From positions 69,033 through 133,032 of the forward strand of contig CALSCP010000216.1 of the NCBI GenBank assembly GCA_943704425.1: 64,000 bases of DNA. Direction: 5' to 3'. Position 1 is the first letter of the stretch, and each line of letters opens with the position of its first letter. The notes under the pieces are model-generated. The model ran no database searches, was not told the origin of the DNA, and worked only from the letters and a program-made list of their open reading frames with translations. Origin of the DNA: Ministeria vibrans ATCC 50519 (taxonomy: Eukaryota; Protista; Filasterea). Shown here piece after piece: positions 52,679 through 63,085 of this stretch. Both the position numbers and the translations under genes were made by a program.

Positions 52679-53832
52679 CATCAGAAAAGCTGACCATCGC
52701 AACCGTCACTCTATAGGGCACGCTTCACAGCAGAGAGGCCATTGCATACGGCACCAAGATGGTTGGAGGGGTTTCGCCCAACAAGGGGGGCCAGGAACAC
52801 CTTGGACTGCCTGTGTTCAACACGGTTGCCGAGGCTAAACAGGCCACACAGTGCGACGCGTCTGTCATCTACGTTCCACCGCCCAGGGCCGCCGACGCAG
52901 TGCTGCAGGCGATCAGCGAAGAGATCCCGCTCGTCGTGTGTATCACGGAAGGAATCCCACAGCTCGACATGGTGCGCGTAAAGCACGCGCTCAGCACCCA
53001 GACCAAAACCCGCCTCATCGGCCCCAACTGTCCCGGTATGCCATGCCGCGCCAACCGTCTCTCTACTTTCTTCTCAAGACTCTTTTACACTTCTCTTTAT
53101 TTCCTTATGTGTCTCATTTTGATTCTTTGTCTCCCTTTTCTCCATCACTCTCCATCGTCTCCATCACCACTATTAATTAATTAATTCTATAACTAATAAT
53201 AATAATACTTATTATTATTATCATTCTTCTTTTGTCCCGCCCGCTTTCTCTGTCGTGCTTAGGAATCATTGCTCCTGAACAGTGCAAGATTGGCATTATG
53301 CCTGGCTTCATCCACAAACGCGGCAACATTGGCATTGTGTCGCGTTCGGGCACACTCACGTACGAGGCTGTTGCGCAGACGACCGCCGCGGGACTGGGTC
53401 AGTCCTTGTGTGTTGGCATTGGCGGAGATCCCTTCAACGGCACCAACTTCATCGACTGCCTTGACATCTTCATTAAGGATCCCGACACGAAAGGTGAGCC
53501 AATCGGACATCACTTCATCCCTTTCGGTGCGTCCCTCATTTCTCCGTTATTGTGTTTCAGGAATCGTCCTCATTGGTGAGATCGGAGGCAGTGCCGAGGA
53601 GGAGGCCGCTGAGTTCCTGATCGCCATGAAGAATACCAAACCGGTGGTGTCTTTCATTGCGGGTGTGACAGCACCCCCCGGTCGCCGCATGGGTCATGCA
53701 GGCGCCATCATTAGCGGCGGCAAGGGAGGCACTGCCGCCAAGATTGCTGCTCTCCAGGCGGCCGGTGTTCACGTGGTTGACTCGCCTGCCGACATGGGCA
53801 AGGCTATGGCGGCGAAAATGGCCGCGCTCTGA
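52284..53832 (+). CDS. SUCLG1: Succinyl-CoA ligase alpha subunit, mitochondrial
   Basis: [60 protein letters not shown] and [10 protein letters not shown] (phospho-His). N-terminal transit-like peptide. Confidence 0.97.
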
Positions 53833-54256
53833 GAAAGTAAAAATGCATCAAATTAATTTTGTTGCTTTCAGTAAAGGGAAGAGACAAGAAGGATGAAACG
53901 GATGTATTTTGGGACAGAAGATGAGCTGGCCAATTAGAATCACTGAACATACACCATTTTATTCCTTTCACGTCGTTTCAGTAGGTTTCTGTGATGCAAG
54001 GTACAAGATGACTGAATGAATAGGAATAAATGAAGTGAAATTTTTTACTCAAGAAGATGAAAATATAAGACCCACGATTAAGAATTTAGTATAAATAGTA
54101 TTAGCATTTACTCACCATTTAGCGATTAGCGAAGAATACACCAATTTACAATGCTTTCACCATACACTCGCCCACCACCAAGAAAAATCAAACAAATGAA
54201 GAAAATTGATTAGATTTCATTTCCAAATTTTCCTAAATAAAACTTTTTTAACTGAA

Positions 54257-56677
54257 ATGTTCGGCGCGATGGCAGGCCCGCGCCGCATTGGGTCTGAGCA
54301 GATCAAATGGGCCAAACATTTGGAGACGCTGATGCGGGCGGGACGCTCCGAGACGGGACTTTCGCGGCACACGGGACGGACACGACTGCTGCTGCGCACG
54401 ACGACGCCCGACATCAGCAGAACCTTCATTGGGCCCGTCACAGCACAGATCGAGCGTCTCACCCACCATGGCTACTCTCCGCCCAACGTCAACGACTCCA
54501 TTGCCTCCTACTGCGACGCCCTCACCGCCTACTATCCAACTGCGAAGTTTTCTCTCCAAGACTTGTCCAACATCTCACCGCTTGTCGCCCGATCCGTCTA
54601 TCAGACGCGCCCCGTCCTCCTCGACCACATTTCAACCACCTTTGTTCGTCTCATGGCGCGAAGAAGCGCCAATTGGGCGGTCCAGGGGTCGCTTCCCAGC
54701 GAGTTTGTCAAGATTGTCACGAGTTTTGGATTGACCAGCCACGCTCACCAAAGTCTTGTCTACGACGCCGCCGCTCGCTACATCATTAGCGTTCAAGACA
54801 CTATTCGGCTTGCGAAGCCCACTCTCAGCCAAAGCGACCGCGACAACACCCACAGTCGCAACAACAACGACAGGGACAGCAGCAACAACAAGCCCGCCAC
54901 CGATCACAATAAGCACAGAAAACACGATGCGCCACGCCAGCGCCAGAACCGCACCGACAAACCCGCCCCCGCGTCCTATCAATCTGCCACAGTCGAGGAT
55001 GTCGTAGCTCTCGTTCATGCGTTCTCCAAGTCGACGGAACACAAGCCCATCGCTGCCATGGAAGTGCTCGCTCAAATCCTGTGCAAGTGCGACTTGACCA
55101 GCCTGAACCCTAAGAACATCCACATGTGCTATGCGGCATTTGCCAACACCTCTCACCTTCCAGCAGACAACAGCACATCGTACTTCCCCAAGATCCGCGC
55201 CCGCTGCATTGAAGCAGGCAAGCGCCTGTCAGGCGAAGCCGGCCTGCGCATGGTTGGCGTGGCAAATTTCCACAACCTCGTCGACGACGTGTCACAGATG
55301 CTTGGCAGCGCCCTTCCTCGCTTCAAACTTACCGAAGGTTTCCTTGTGCGGATTTGGGATTTTGGCTGCTCCAAAGATCTCACCGTCCAGCAGTTGGAGC
55401 TGCTTCGCGTCGAGTTTCGCACGAGACTACAGGCGCGTGACGACGATGCCGCTGCCGCACTGCTCCTCTTTGTCACTCGCAGACAGCGGCATGCCATCGC
55501 CGCAGACATTATCGCCGAGATCCAACGGCGAGGCGATCCCAAGCTCCTGTCAGTCCTCCTACTCTCGTCGGCTGCACACTTGACAGCCAACGCGCCTGCG
55601 GCGAGTAACTCTTCTGTCGACACCACCAGTGTATACGATGCCATTGCGGACCACCCAAAGCTGCGAGCGAACAGGTTGTCTGCAATACCCCTCTACCACG
55701 CTGCCACTGCGTTGGCCCATGTCCATCACCCACAGACTTGCCGCGTTGCCGCCGACACAGTCGCGGCCGCCTTGGCCACAGAGCAGATTTACTACCCTTC
55801 GATGATCACGTCCATGCTGCGCGCCACTCGCTTTTACAGCCCGGAGCTCATCCACAAGCTAGTTCAGCACACGGACGCGGCACCGTTCTTGGTCGAAGCC
55901 CTGTCGAACGTCCTTCACGTTTCCGGTATGTTCAGCATCCCCATTCAGCTGCCGGAACGTGTCTACACGACATTCAGAAGCGAAATTGCGGACAATTCTC
56001 GCGACCCGAATTTCGCGACACACTTTCGGTCCTTCATCAAGACGGCGCACGCCTTTATGAGCCTCAACACGCACGACACGTCCTTGTGGGACAGTGTCGT
56101 GACGTTCTTCGAGCGTGGCATTGAGCACGATAATCGCGAGCGGCGATCCGTTCTTATGACCATCTCGAGCGCCGTCCGCACCTACCTCGAGCAGTCACAC
56201 GTGCCCGAGACCCAGGCGCTTGCGAATCGCATCCGCTATTCTGAGGAGGCGCTCTCGGTCGTTCTCTTGCAAGGCTCGCGTGTTCTTGACCCCCCGTTGG
56301 AGGCGGTCGACCGCGTTGCGCGCGAATTCCTTGCTGCCGAGCACCCCGACTGTTCCCTGGATGATATTGTACACGAGCACTTCTGCCCAGCCTCCGCCAC
56401 CCTCAGCCAAATTGCACTTCCCTCGCGCAAGGTCATTGTCGAAGTGTCGACACCCCAAATGTCCGCTATCAACATGCCCGAACTTGCTCTGTCGCGTGTG
56501 CTTCTCAAGCTGCGGAGATTGCGAGCCGCTGGCTGGACCGTTCATCATCTTCGAGGTGAGGAGGCCGACGGGTCTCTGCGGCTTGCAGGCAAATGGACTG
56601 ACACGCTCACGTCGATCGATCAATGCCTCCTTCAAGTCAGCGTGCAGGAGGCGAAGGCGGGAAACGAGAACAAATGA
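54257..56677 (+). CDS. Helical-repeat protein with C-terminal RAP-like domain (FASTK-like, probably organellar RNA-binding)
   Basis: Intronless ORF with an Arg-rich N-terminus, alpha-helical repeats and a C-terminal IALPSRKVIVEVSTPQ..LKLRRLRAAGWTVHHL matching the RAP consensus. Confidence 0.65.
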   Translation: MFGAMAGPRRIGSEQIKWAKHLETLMRAGRSETGLSRHTGRTRLLLRTTTPDISRTFIGPVTAQIERLTHHGYSPPNVNDSIASYCDALTAYYPTAKFSLQDLSNISPLVARSVYQTRPVLLDHISTTFVRLMARRSANWAVQGSLPSEFVKIVTSFGLTSHAHQSLVYDAAARYIISVQDTIRLAKPTLSQSDRDNTHSRNNNDRDSSNNKPATDHNKHRKHDAPRQRQNRTDKPAPASYQSATVEDVVALVHAFSKSTEHKPIAAMEVLAQILCKCDLTSLNPKNIHMCYAAFANTSHLPADNSTSYFPKIRARCIEAGKRLSGEAGLRMVGVANFHNLVDDVSQMLGSALPRFKLTEGFLVRIWDFGCSKDLTVQQLELLRVEFRTRLQARDDDAAAALLLFVTRRQRHAIAADIIAEIQRRGDPKLLSVLLLSSAAHLTANAPAASNSSVDTTSVYDAIADHPKLRANRLSAIPLYHAATALAHVHHPQTCRVAADTVAAALATEQIYYPSMITSMLRATRFYSPELIHKLVQHTDAAPFLVEALSNVLHVSGMFSIPIQLPERVYTTFRSEIADNSRDPNFATHFRSFIKTAHAFMSLNTHDTSLWDSVVTFFERGIEHDNRERRSVLMTISSAVRTYLEQSHVPETQALANRIRYSEEALSVVLLQGSRVLDPPLEAVDRVAREFLAAEHPDCSLDDIVHEHFCPASATLSQIALPSRKVIVEVSTPQMSAINMPELALSRVLLKLRRLRAAGWTVHHLRGEEADGSLRLAGKWTDTLTSIDQCLLQVSVQEAKAGNENK

Positions 56678-56710
56678 GCGAGAGACAGAAGAGAGGAACG
56701 AGAGAAATGG

Positions 56711-56776
<66 letters not shown>

Positions 56777-57124
56777 GAGACAGTTCAAATTACAACAATA
56801 ATACTTAAAATGGTATTGTCATAAACGTTTCTGTTGCAATTGAAAAAGAATAATAAGAAAAGTAGTGTAAAAAACTCCGAACACACTTTGAATAAATTTG
56901 ATTGTTAACTTACAGAGTTGCAAATGTTGTTCGCTGTGATAACTGATAAGCCAGTCGCTGGCTAACCCAATAGTAATTTGAAAACTAACTTTTCCCCACG
57001 CAGCGCAATTTTGAAAGCCCATCGGGGGGAAAATGGTGCAACTTCGGTGCAACGGGCACTACTTCCGCACTACTCACTCACTCACGGCAACCGTCTCATT
57101 TTTTTTCTTCGTATACACTGTTGA

Positions 57125-58984
57125 ATGAATCTTATTCTTTTGATCATTTCCACAGCCCTGATCTTTGGCATCCCTGGGGTGCTGGGGAATGACAGCGCTC
57201 TGAAATCGTGCGACCTTGTCATTGACGACGACAAGCGCTCCTCCCATTTCCGTTTTCCATCTGCTGTTCATTTGGGTGGGTTTAACATGGAGTTTTCTCT
57301 GTGTGGTCAAACGTCGTGCGGACCGGGTGTATTGGTAAGGGATAATTTTAAATGGAGAGGCGTTTCGTCTTTTCTTCGTCTTATTCTTCACCTCCCTAGC
57401 TGTGCCACAAAGGCACACCGTTGCTGTCCCCAGGTTCCGCCCCACTCTCGTGGAAGCGTTCTCACTATCCTCATGCCGTTGAAACTCACAGGTGCACACA
57501 AAAGTTTCACAAGACAAGAGTTTTAAAAAAACAATTATTTACTTCTTATTTACTCTCCATTCTCGTGTAGCTCCGACGGGGTTCATCTCGAGCTTGTGTG
57601 CGGTCGCCAAACAAACATCACCAAATCAGCTCGCCGCATCCGCATTGTTTTACCGGCTATGTGCTCCGAGCCGACGCTTGGGGAGCCTTGCATCTTCATT
57701 GGACCGACAGGGAATGTTTACGACTTCTCTTCGCTGGAGAATTCCTCTGGCTATTCGGCAAAGGATCCCAGCGGGTACACGTACTACTACAACTTTTGTG
57801 CGGGTGTAGTACAGGGGTCAGGTAGTCTCAGTTGCGGAACGGGCACTGCTGTTTGCCAGGGAGACGAGACTCTAACAAACTATTATAGTTGCGGTACCGT
57901 CAGTTCAGCAATTTACGCTGAGGTCCAGGGGGGTGTTGATGTCATTTACACTGGGGGTCCTGATGCACGGCAATCCAAAGCACATTTGCTGTGCGATAAA
58001 GAGGCTAGTGTACCTGTGATGACAACTCAAGGAGTCACAACTCAACAGAATGTGGACATCACGGTGCGGACACGCTGTGCCTGCCCAAATGGCTGTGGTG
58101 CACCACCACCACCGCCTCCCCCACAACCATCGGACTTCCCTTGCCTCTACACTGGTCCTTCTGGGAGCTTGTACAACCTCACGTCGGTCCAGTCGGCACT
58201 CGGCATCACGACCGTCTCGGCCAATGCGAACTACACATACAACTTCTGTGCGGGAGTCAAGCAGTGCGACAGAGGTCGCGAGTGTGCTCTGTGTCAAGAA
58301 CAGATTCAGAGCCCCGCAGGCGGTGTGTACTCGCTGGGCAGTCTAAATGCCTCATTGGTGACAGAAGAGAACGATGGACTCACTGTGGTGTACTTTGATG
58401 GTGATCAGAACCGTCGCTCGAGTGTGACTCTCTTTTGCGACGCAACAGTCACTGCTCAGCCGACTCTGACCTTCCACGGCGAGCAGTCGCCTATGGTGTA
58501 CTTTTTCAGCGTGCGCACGAAATGCGCGTGTGCCAAGAATGGCTGTGTAACTGCGGGGCCCGTGTGCCATTTTACAGGCCCCTCAGGACACTCCTACAAC
58601 TTCACCGCACTGCTTGATTCAGACACCGCGCTCAGTGTGTGGTCACCACAGGGTAACCTCTTCTCCTATGGCGCGTGCCATGGCGCCGGAGGCTCAGCCA
58701 AGTGTGGTGGTGGGGGAATATCTCGGTGCTCTACTGCCACCACTGCTGTGTGTGTTCAGCATTGGCGCACGTGTCAGTCGGCGGGCGATCTCTCCTCTGT
58801 GGTGTATCAAGAAACTGAGAAGGGTGTTGATGCGACGTATTTCAGCGACACCACTGGTCAAGGCACCCTTGTGCATCTGGTGTGTGGTCCCGACATGCAA
58901 CCCACGTCGCTGGCCTACCTCGGCCAAGTATCGTCGCATTTTACCGAGTTGTCGTTGAACACATCACTTGCATGCAAGACGTAA
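57125..58984 (+). CDS. Secreted protein with tandem mannose-6-phosphate receptor homology (MRH)-like domains
   Basis: Signal peptide MNLILLIISTALIFGIPGVLG. Three clear repeats of C.(F/Y).GP.G..Y(D/N)(F/L)(S/T).L..Y.YNFC..(V/L)CQ..Y..G..L.CD..T.CAC. No TM helix or KDEL at the C-terminus. The 5' exon structure is tentative. Confidence 0.75.
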
Positions 58985-59729
58985 AAATACATACGGCACT
59001 CCTCATTCCGGCGCATCATGACGCACGACGAGGAACTGTCCATCGTTGGCGCACTTCGCTAGAGAATCGGTACCGGTACTATGCAGCAACATCCAGTCCG
59101 CCGTGAAGACAAGGCGGAACGCTACGAGTGCACGATTTAGATACAGACTTCAGAAAGACTTCATACAGACTGTATACTCTCACGCAGTTCCCTGGACAAC
59201 ACGCGCGACCGTCGCCCAGTTCAGCGCGCCGTTGGCAAAAACCGTTGGCTTCGTGCTCCAAAGCACGTGCTCCATTGCCATAGAGAATATCGTTCCGCGC
59301 CACGTGTCCACAGATATAGCCTCTGTGTCGGTCAGTGAAGAACCGATAAACTGATACGAGTCACGGTGGAAGGCATCGCGCCACTTTTCGTCAACACATG
59401 CTGAAGCCAGGTCCACGTGGACTGAGACTTGTGTATGCGTCGATGAATCGGATTCAAGCACTCGGCCGACATCGCACGCATCCTCAATGAGGAGAAGATG
59501 GTGCCAGCGCGACTTGAGTGTCAAATCGTGGGAGAAAGGGGGGGGAGAACTCGCGAGCCCAACTGAGCCTCTTCCGCGAATTCGTCGTCTATGACCGTCG
59601 ACTTGCCTACCTGGAGTTTTGTGGGGACTTCGAGAGAGTGTAATAAAGATACAGAGTTGTGAAGTAGATTAATGTTTATTTTTATTATTATTATTATTAT
59701 TATTATCATTATTAGTTTAATGATTGGCA

Positions 59730-61772
59730 TCACATTGTGTTTGCAAACGGATCGACATTGCGACTGCGGAAGCTCTGATTCAGCGACGCCATCATGTTAA
59801 ACAGATCGGTTTTAGCCCCATCATGCCCACGACAACCGTCGACAATCACTAATTGGTACCAGTTTGAGAATGTGTGTGTGAGAGTCGTGTCTTTCAGCGC
59901 GACGTAGGGAATGGCAGTGTTGGGTTGACTATGGTCTTTCAGCCATGTCTTGGCCTTGCCAATGATCACTTTCATCTCATTGTCGTTGATCTGCAAGGTA
60001 AATTTTGATGCCTTTGATTGCGAATTTTGAGCACTGAAAGCAAAATCTTCCAAATAAGGCTCGTACAGCACTTGAATATCGGTTGCGTATTCAGCGTTGA
60101 ATTCTCGCAGCTTCTGACTGAACTCTTCCACATTGGCCTCGGCCATCTTCAAAAGACGAGCGGGAATATCACCGCGGACTGTGTAGTTGAGCATGCAAAA
60201 CCTTTTGAAAAACGCCCTCAAAGTGGAATCCCAGAAAGGATACTCTAATTGCTCCTCCTGGAAATTGTTCATATAGCAAGCAACAATCTGTTCGGTTTCA
60301 GGAAGGGACTCTCCTTCAAAATCCGCATCTGACTCGTGGTTCTTGTGAGCGAATTTCTTCGGGTCTACCACAAAGTCAGCTGCAGACACCATGCGGGTCA
60401 TATGAACCGCTTTCCCATCATCAGTAGAAAGAGTGTGGGGGGTCCAATCAAACGCGCCTTGATCCGGAACTCCTTTTAAGTGGATATGAAGACAATATTC
60501 TCCGTTTAGGTCTGGCTGTTTCTCGACCCCTTTCACAGAAATTCGCAAGAAGAGTTGAATTGGATGGCCACCACCTTGTTCGTTCAGAGAAGATTTGAAG
60601 TCCTGGATATCGCATTTAGCATCCCACTGTGTCTTCAAAATGCGTGTCAGTTTAGCTTCAACACTCGTATCTGTTTTCCCTCGTGCGCCAATCCAAAGCA
60701 CTGAACCGTCGTCATTTCTCGAGCACGTCTTCAGAGCCGCCAGATACAGAAGAGGGAGGCTTTCGTTGTTAATAAATCGAAAATAATTGGTCTCTGGAGG
60801 CGAACCCAAGAAAACAAAGTCCGGATTCGCAATAATAATATTGGGATCATCACAGTCCACAATTTCGCGCGCAATCCCATTCAAATGGTCGTAAGTCTCA
60901 TCAGAGAGGGAGTTCAAGAATGCCCAGGCAGGAAGAAAAAACCCTCCTACTGCAATTTCATTCGATGCACATGAGGATTGAATTGTGATGGAGGAACTCG
61001 AGCTAGAAAGCTTGTCTTCCAAGTTCAAGTCGGAAGACTTTAATTTGAGTAATTCTTGCACAAGACCACCAGAGAAGCAAGAGTCGGAGATAATAATAAG
61101 GTGCTTATTTTTCATGCCATTTATGCTATCTGCCCAGGAGTCAATGAGTGAGTGTACATCCATTCTCTTAGGGCAGCCATTTGATGAGAGGATGGAATTG
61201 GAACCAGGAAACACCCACGCGCCGGCATTGTAGGCTCCGTGGCCAAAATACGCAACAAACTGAATGTCAAAGTTTGGGTCAGGACCTGCCAATGCGCTTG
61301 ACTGTATAATCTGCAAAATCGATATTTGCCGACCAGGTTCAATGTCATTAATCTTGAAATCCATTTCAACTGATCCAGCCTGGGGTTTGAGGTTGAATCT
61401 CTCCTTCAGCTCTTTAGAATGTTCCACTAATGTCTTGTAAACCTTTTCGAAGTCCCTCATTATATTAGTATTGTCCAACTGGAAAAAATCGTCAGGAATT
61501 CTCCCACCATTCTGTTTAACCGAAGCGCGAAGGGTTTTCAAGGTGGCGCGCACTGGCAGCGCGACTCTGTTGGATCGGCAAATGTTTTTAAAGTCGTTCC
61601 AGTTGTCTTCAGTTACGACTTTGACCATATCAGGAGAACGCCACCCTTCACTGCGATATTTCTCGCCTATCTCCAATTTTAATTGTATGAAGTGTTTCGA
61701 AACAATGCTCTCCATGGTATCCATTAATCCAGGCAAGGCAGCGAACCACAAAGCCACGTTCAATTTTGACAT
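59730..61772 (-). CDS. Protein with a caspase/hemoglobinase-fold (peptidase C14-like) domain; 5' end probably in upstream exon(s)
   Basis: 680-aa ORF with the His-Cys dyad FVAYFGHG (His 61239-61241) and LIIISDSCFSGG (Cys 61077-61079), 54 codons apart. The ORF start is preceded by a pyrimidine tract and CAG (splice acceptor). Confidence 0.7.
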   Translation of the reverse strand: MSKLNVALWFAALPGLMDTMESIVSKHFIQLKLEIGEKYRSEGWRSPDMVKVVTEDNWNDFKNICRSNRVALPVRATLKTLRASVKQNGGRIPDDFFQLDNTNIMRDFEKVYKTLVEHSKELKERFNLKPQAGSVEMDFKINDIEPGRQISILQIIQSSALAGPDPNFDIQFVAYFGHGAYNAGAWVFPGSNSILSSNGCPKRMDVHSLIDSWADSINGMKNKHLIIISDSCFSGGLVQELLKLKSSDLNLEDKLSSSSSSITIQSSCASNEIAVGGFFLPAWAFLNSLSDETYDHLNGIAREIVDCDDPNIIIANPDFVFLGSPPETNYFRFINNESLPLLYLAALKTCSRNDDGSVLWIGARGKTDTSVEAKLTRILKTQWDAKCDIQDFKSSLNEQGGGHPIQLFLRISVKGVEKQPDLNGEYCLHIHLKGVPDQGAFDWTPHTLSTDDGKAVHMTRMVSAADFVVDPKKFAHKNHESDADFEGESLPETEQIVACYMNNFQEEQLEYPFWDSTLRAFFKRFCMLNYTVRGDIPARLLKMAEANVEEFSQKLREFNAEYATDIQVLYEPYLEDFAFSAQNSQSKASKFTLQINDNEMKVIIGKAKTWLKDHSQPNTAIPYVALKDTTLTHTFSNWYQLVIVDGCRGHDGAKTDLFNMMASLNQSFRSRNVDPFANTM

Positions 61773-63085
61773 CTGGAAAAAAAAACATAAGAAAAGAAAT
61801 TGAGAGAAAAATGTTTATTCAAATGTAGAGTACGATAAAGAAAAGCCCGTTTGTTTGTTGCTGATAAGAATGCAAGAGGCCGATCAGAGAAGCACAAAAA
61901 AGAACGCTCTACTCCGTAGCTCTCGCGCAAAATTCCCGGCCTATGCCACCCTGCCATTCATATACCCACATCCCAAACACAATATACGGCCCATTACCCA
62001 TGGGCCATGTATTCACTATTCATGCGATACCTGAATATACGGCGATTATCTGTTTTTCGGAGAGAGAAAAAAAGAAAGAAAAAAGAAAAAAGCGAGGACA
62101 GCCAAACTGCAAAATCCACGGCCTGTGCCACCTTGCCGTCACCACAGCCATCACCCAAACACCGTACACAACCCCTGGGACCATGCGGCACCCGAAAACA
62201 TGGCGAATTCATATTTTTCGTTTTTTGTTTGCAGTCACGAAGCAATAGATCCCGGGTCATGACAGTCATAGCCACCCCCCCCGCAAATAAACACATGTAC
62301 ACCCTGATACCGATGGTGCTTACTTTGAGTGTTGAGAAGCGCAGCTTTTTCCAAGCGACGAGGAAAGGTGATTTTTACAGTTTTCTCTTTCGCAAATGAA
62401 AGAAAAAAACTGAAATTGGGATAACTTCGCGGAGCTCCGTCGACAAAGTTTTGTTAAACACTTCTCTTTTTTCTTTTAAGAGCTGAGAAGTGAGAGGGGC
62501 AGTTAGTCGAGTTAGACGTGGAAAAAAAGCTTAAAGCAAGGAGAGAAGGAAAATAGAAAAGGGGGAGAAAAGATGATAGAAGAAGAATACAACACATATT
62601 AATTTTTTATTCATGGATAAAAAAAACAATAATAATCATGCTTCACATGAATGAAATTCTTTCGATTTTCATACTTGTGATGAATTTTCTTAATTTTTCA
62701 TCACCAAAATGATTCCAAAGTTTATTTCAATGTCGAAGTTGCTTATCCTATTTGCTTTTCCTAGTAAACTAATTTAGTTTAATGAGTTATCTTAATGACT
62801 TATTTCTAAAAACTCATTTATTCCTATAAGTTTACTAAAACTGAGACAACCGGGTATCTCATTTAAAATTAAATTTAGTCATTCTAATGGAATTTAACTC
62901 TAGTTTACTTGGTTTACTTAATATTTTCTTCTTTTTAATTTTTATTTCTTACCCAATAATTAAACTTCTTTTGGTATTGTTCTTTGTTTTGATTTTTTTG
63001 GTAGAGCCAGGCCAGCGTAGCGCGCCCTCCCAGCGCTCGCGGTCGTCTCTCCGCCCCCTCCCCCGATCTATAATGTCAGGACAAC

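Noticed and set aside
56950-57030. U4 snRNA-like words (TTGAAAACT, AATTTTG followed by a short hairpin)
   Set aside because: The U6-pairing 5' stem II sequence and the UGCU(A/G)(A/G)U stem I are missing, and the Sm-like site has only four U. Not supportable without an Infernal search.
61780-62400. Upstream exons of the caspase-fold gene
   Set aside because: Splice-like signals exist, but I could not build a consistent in-frame model.
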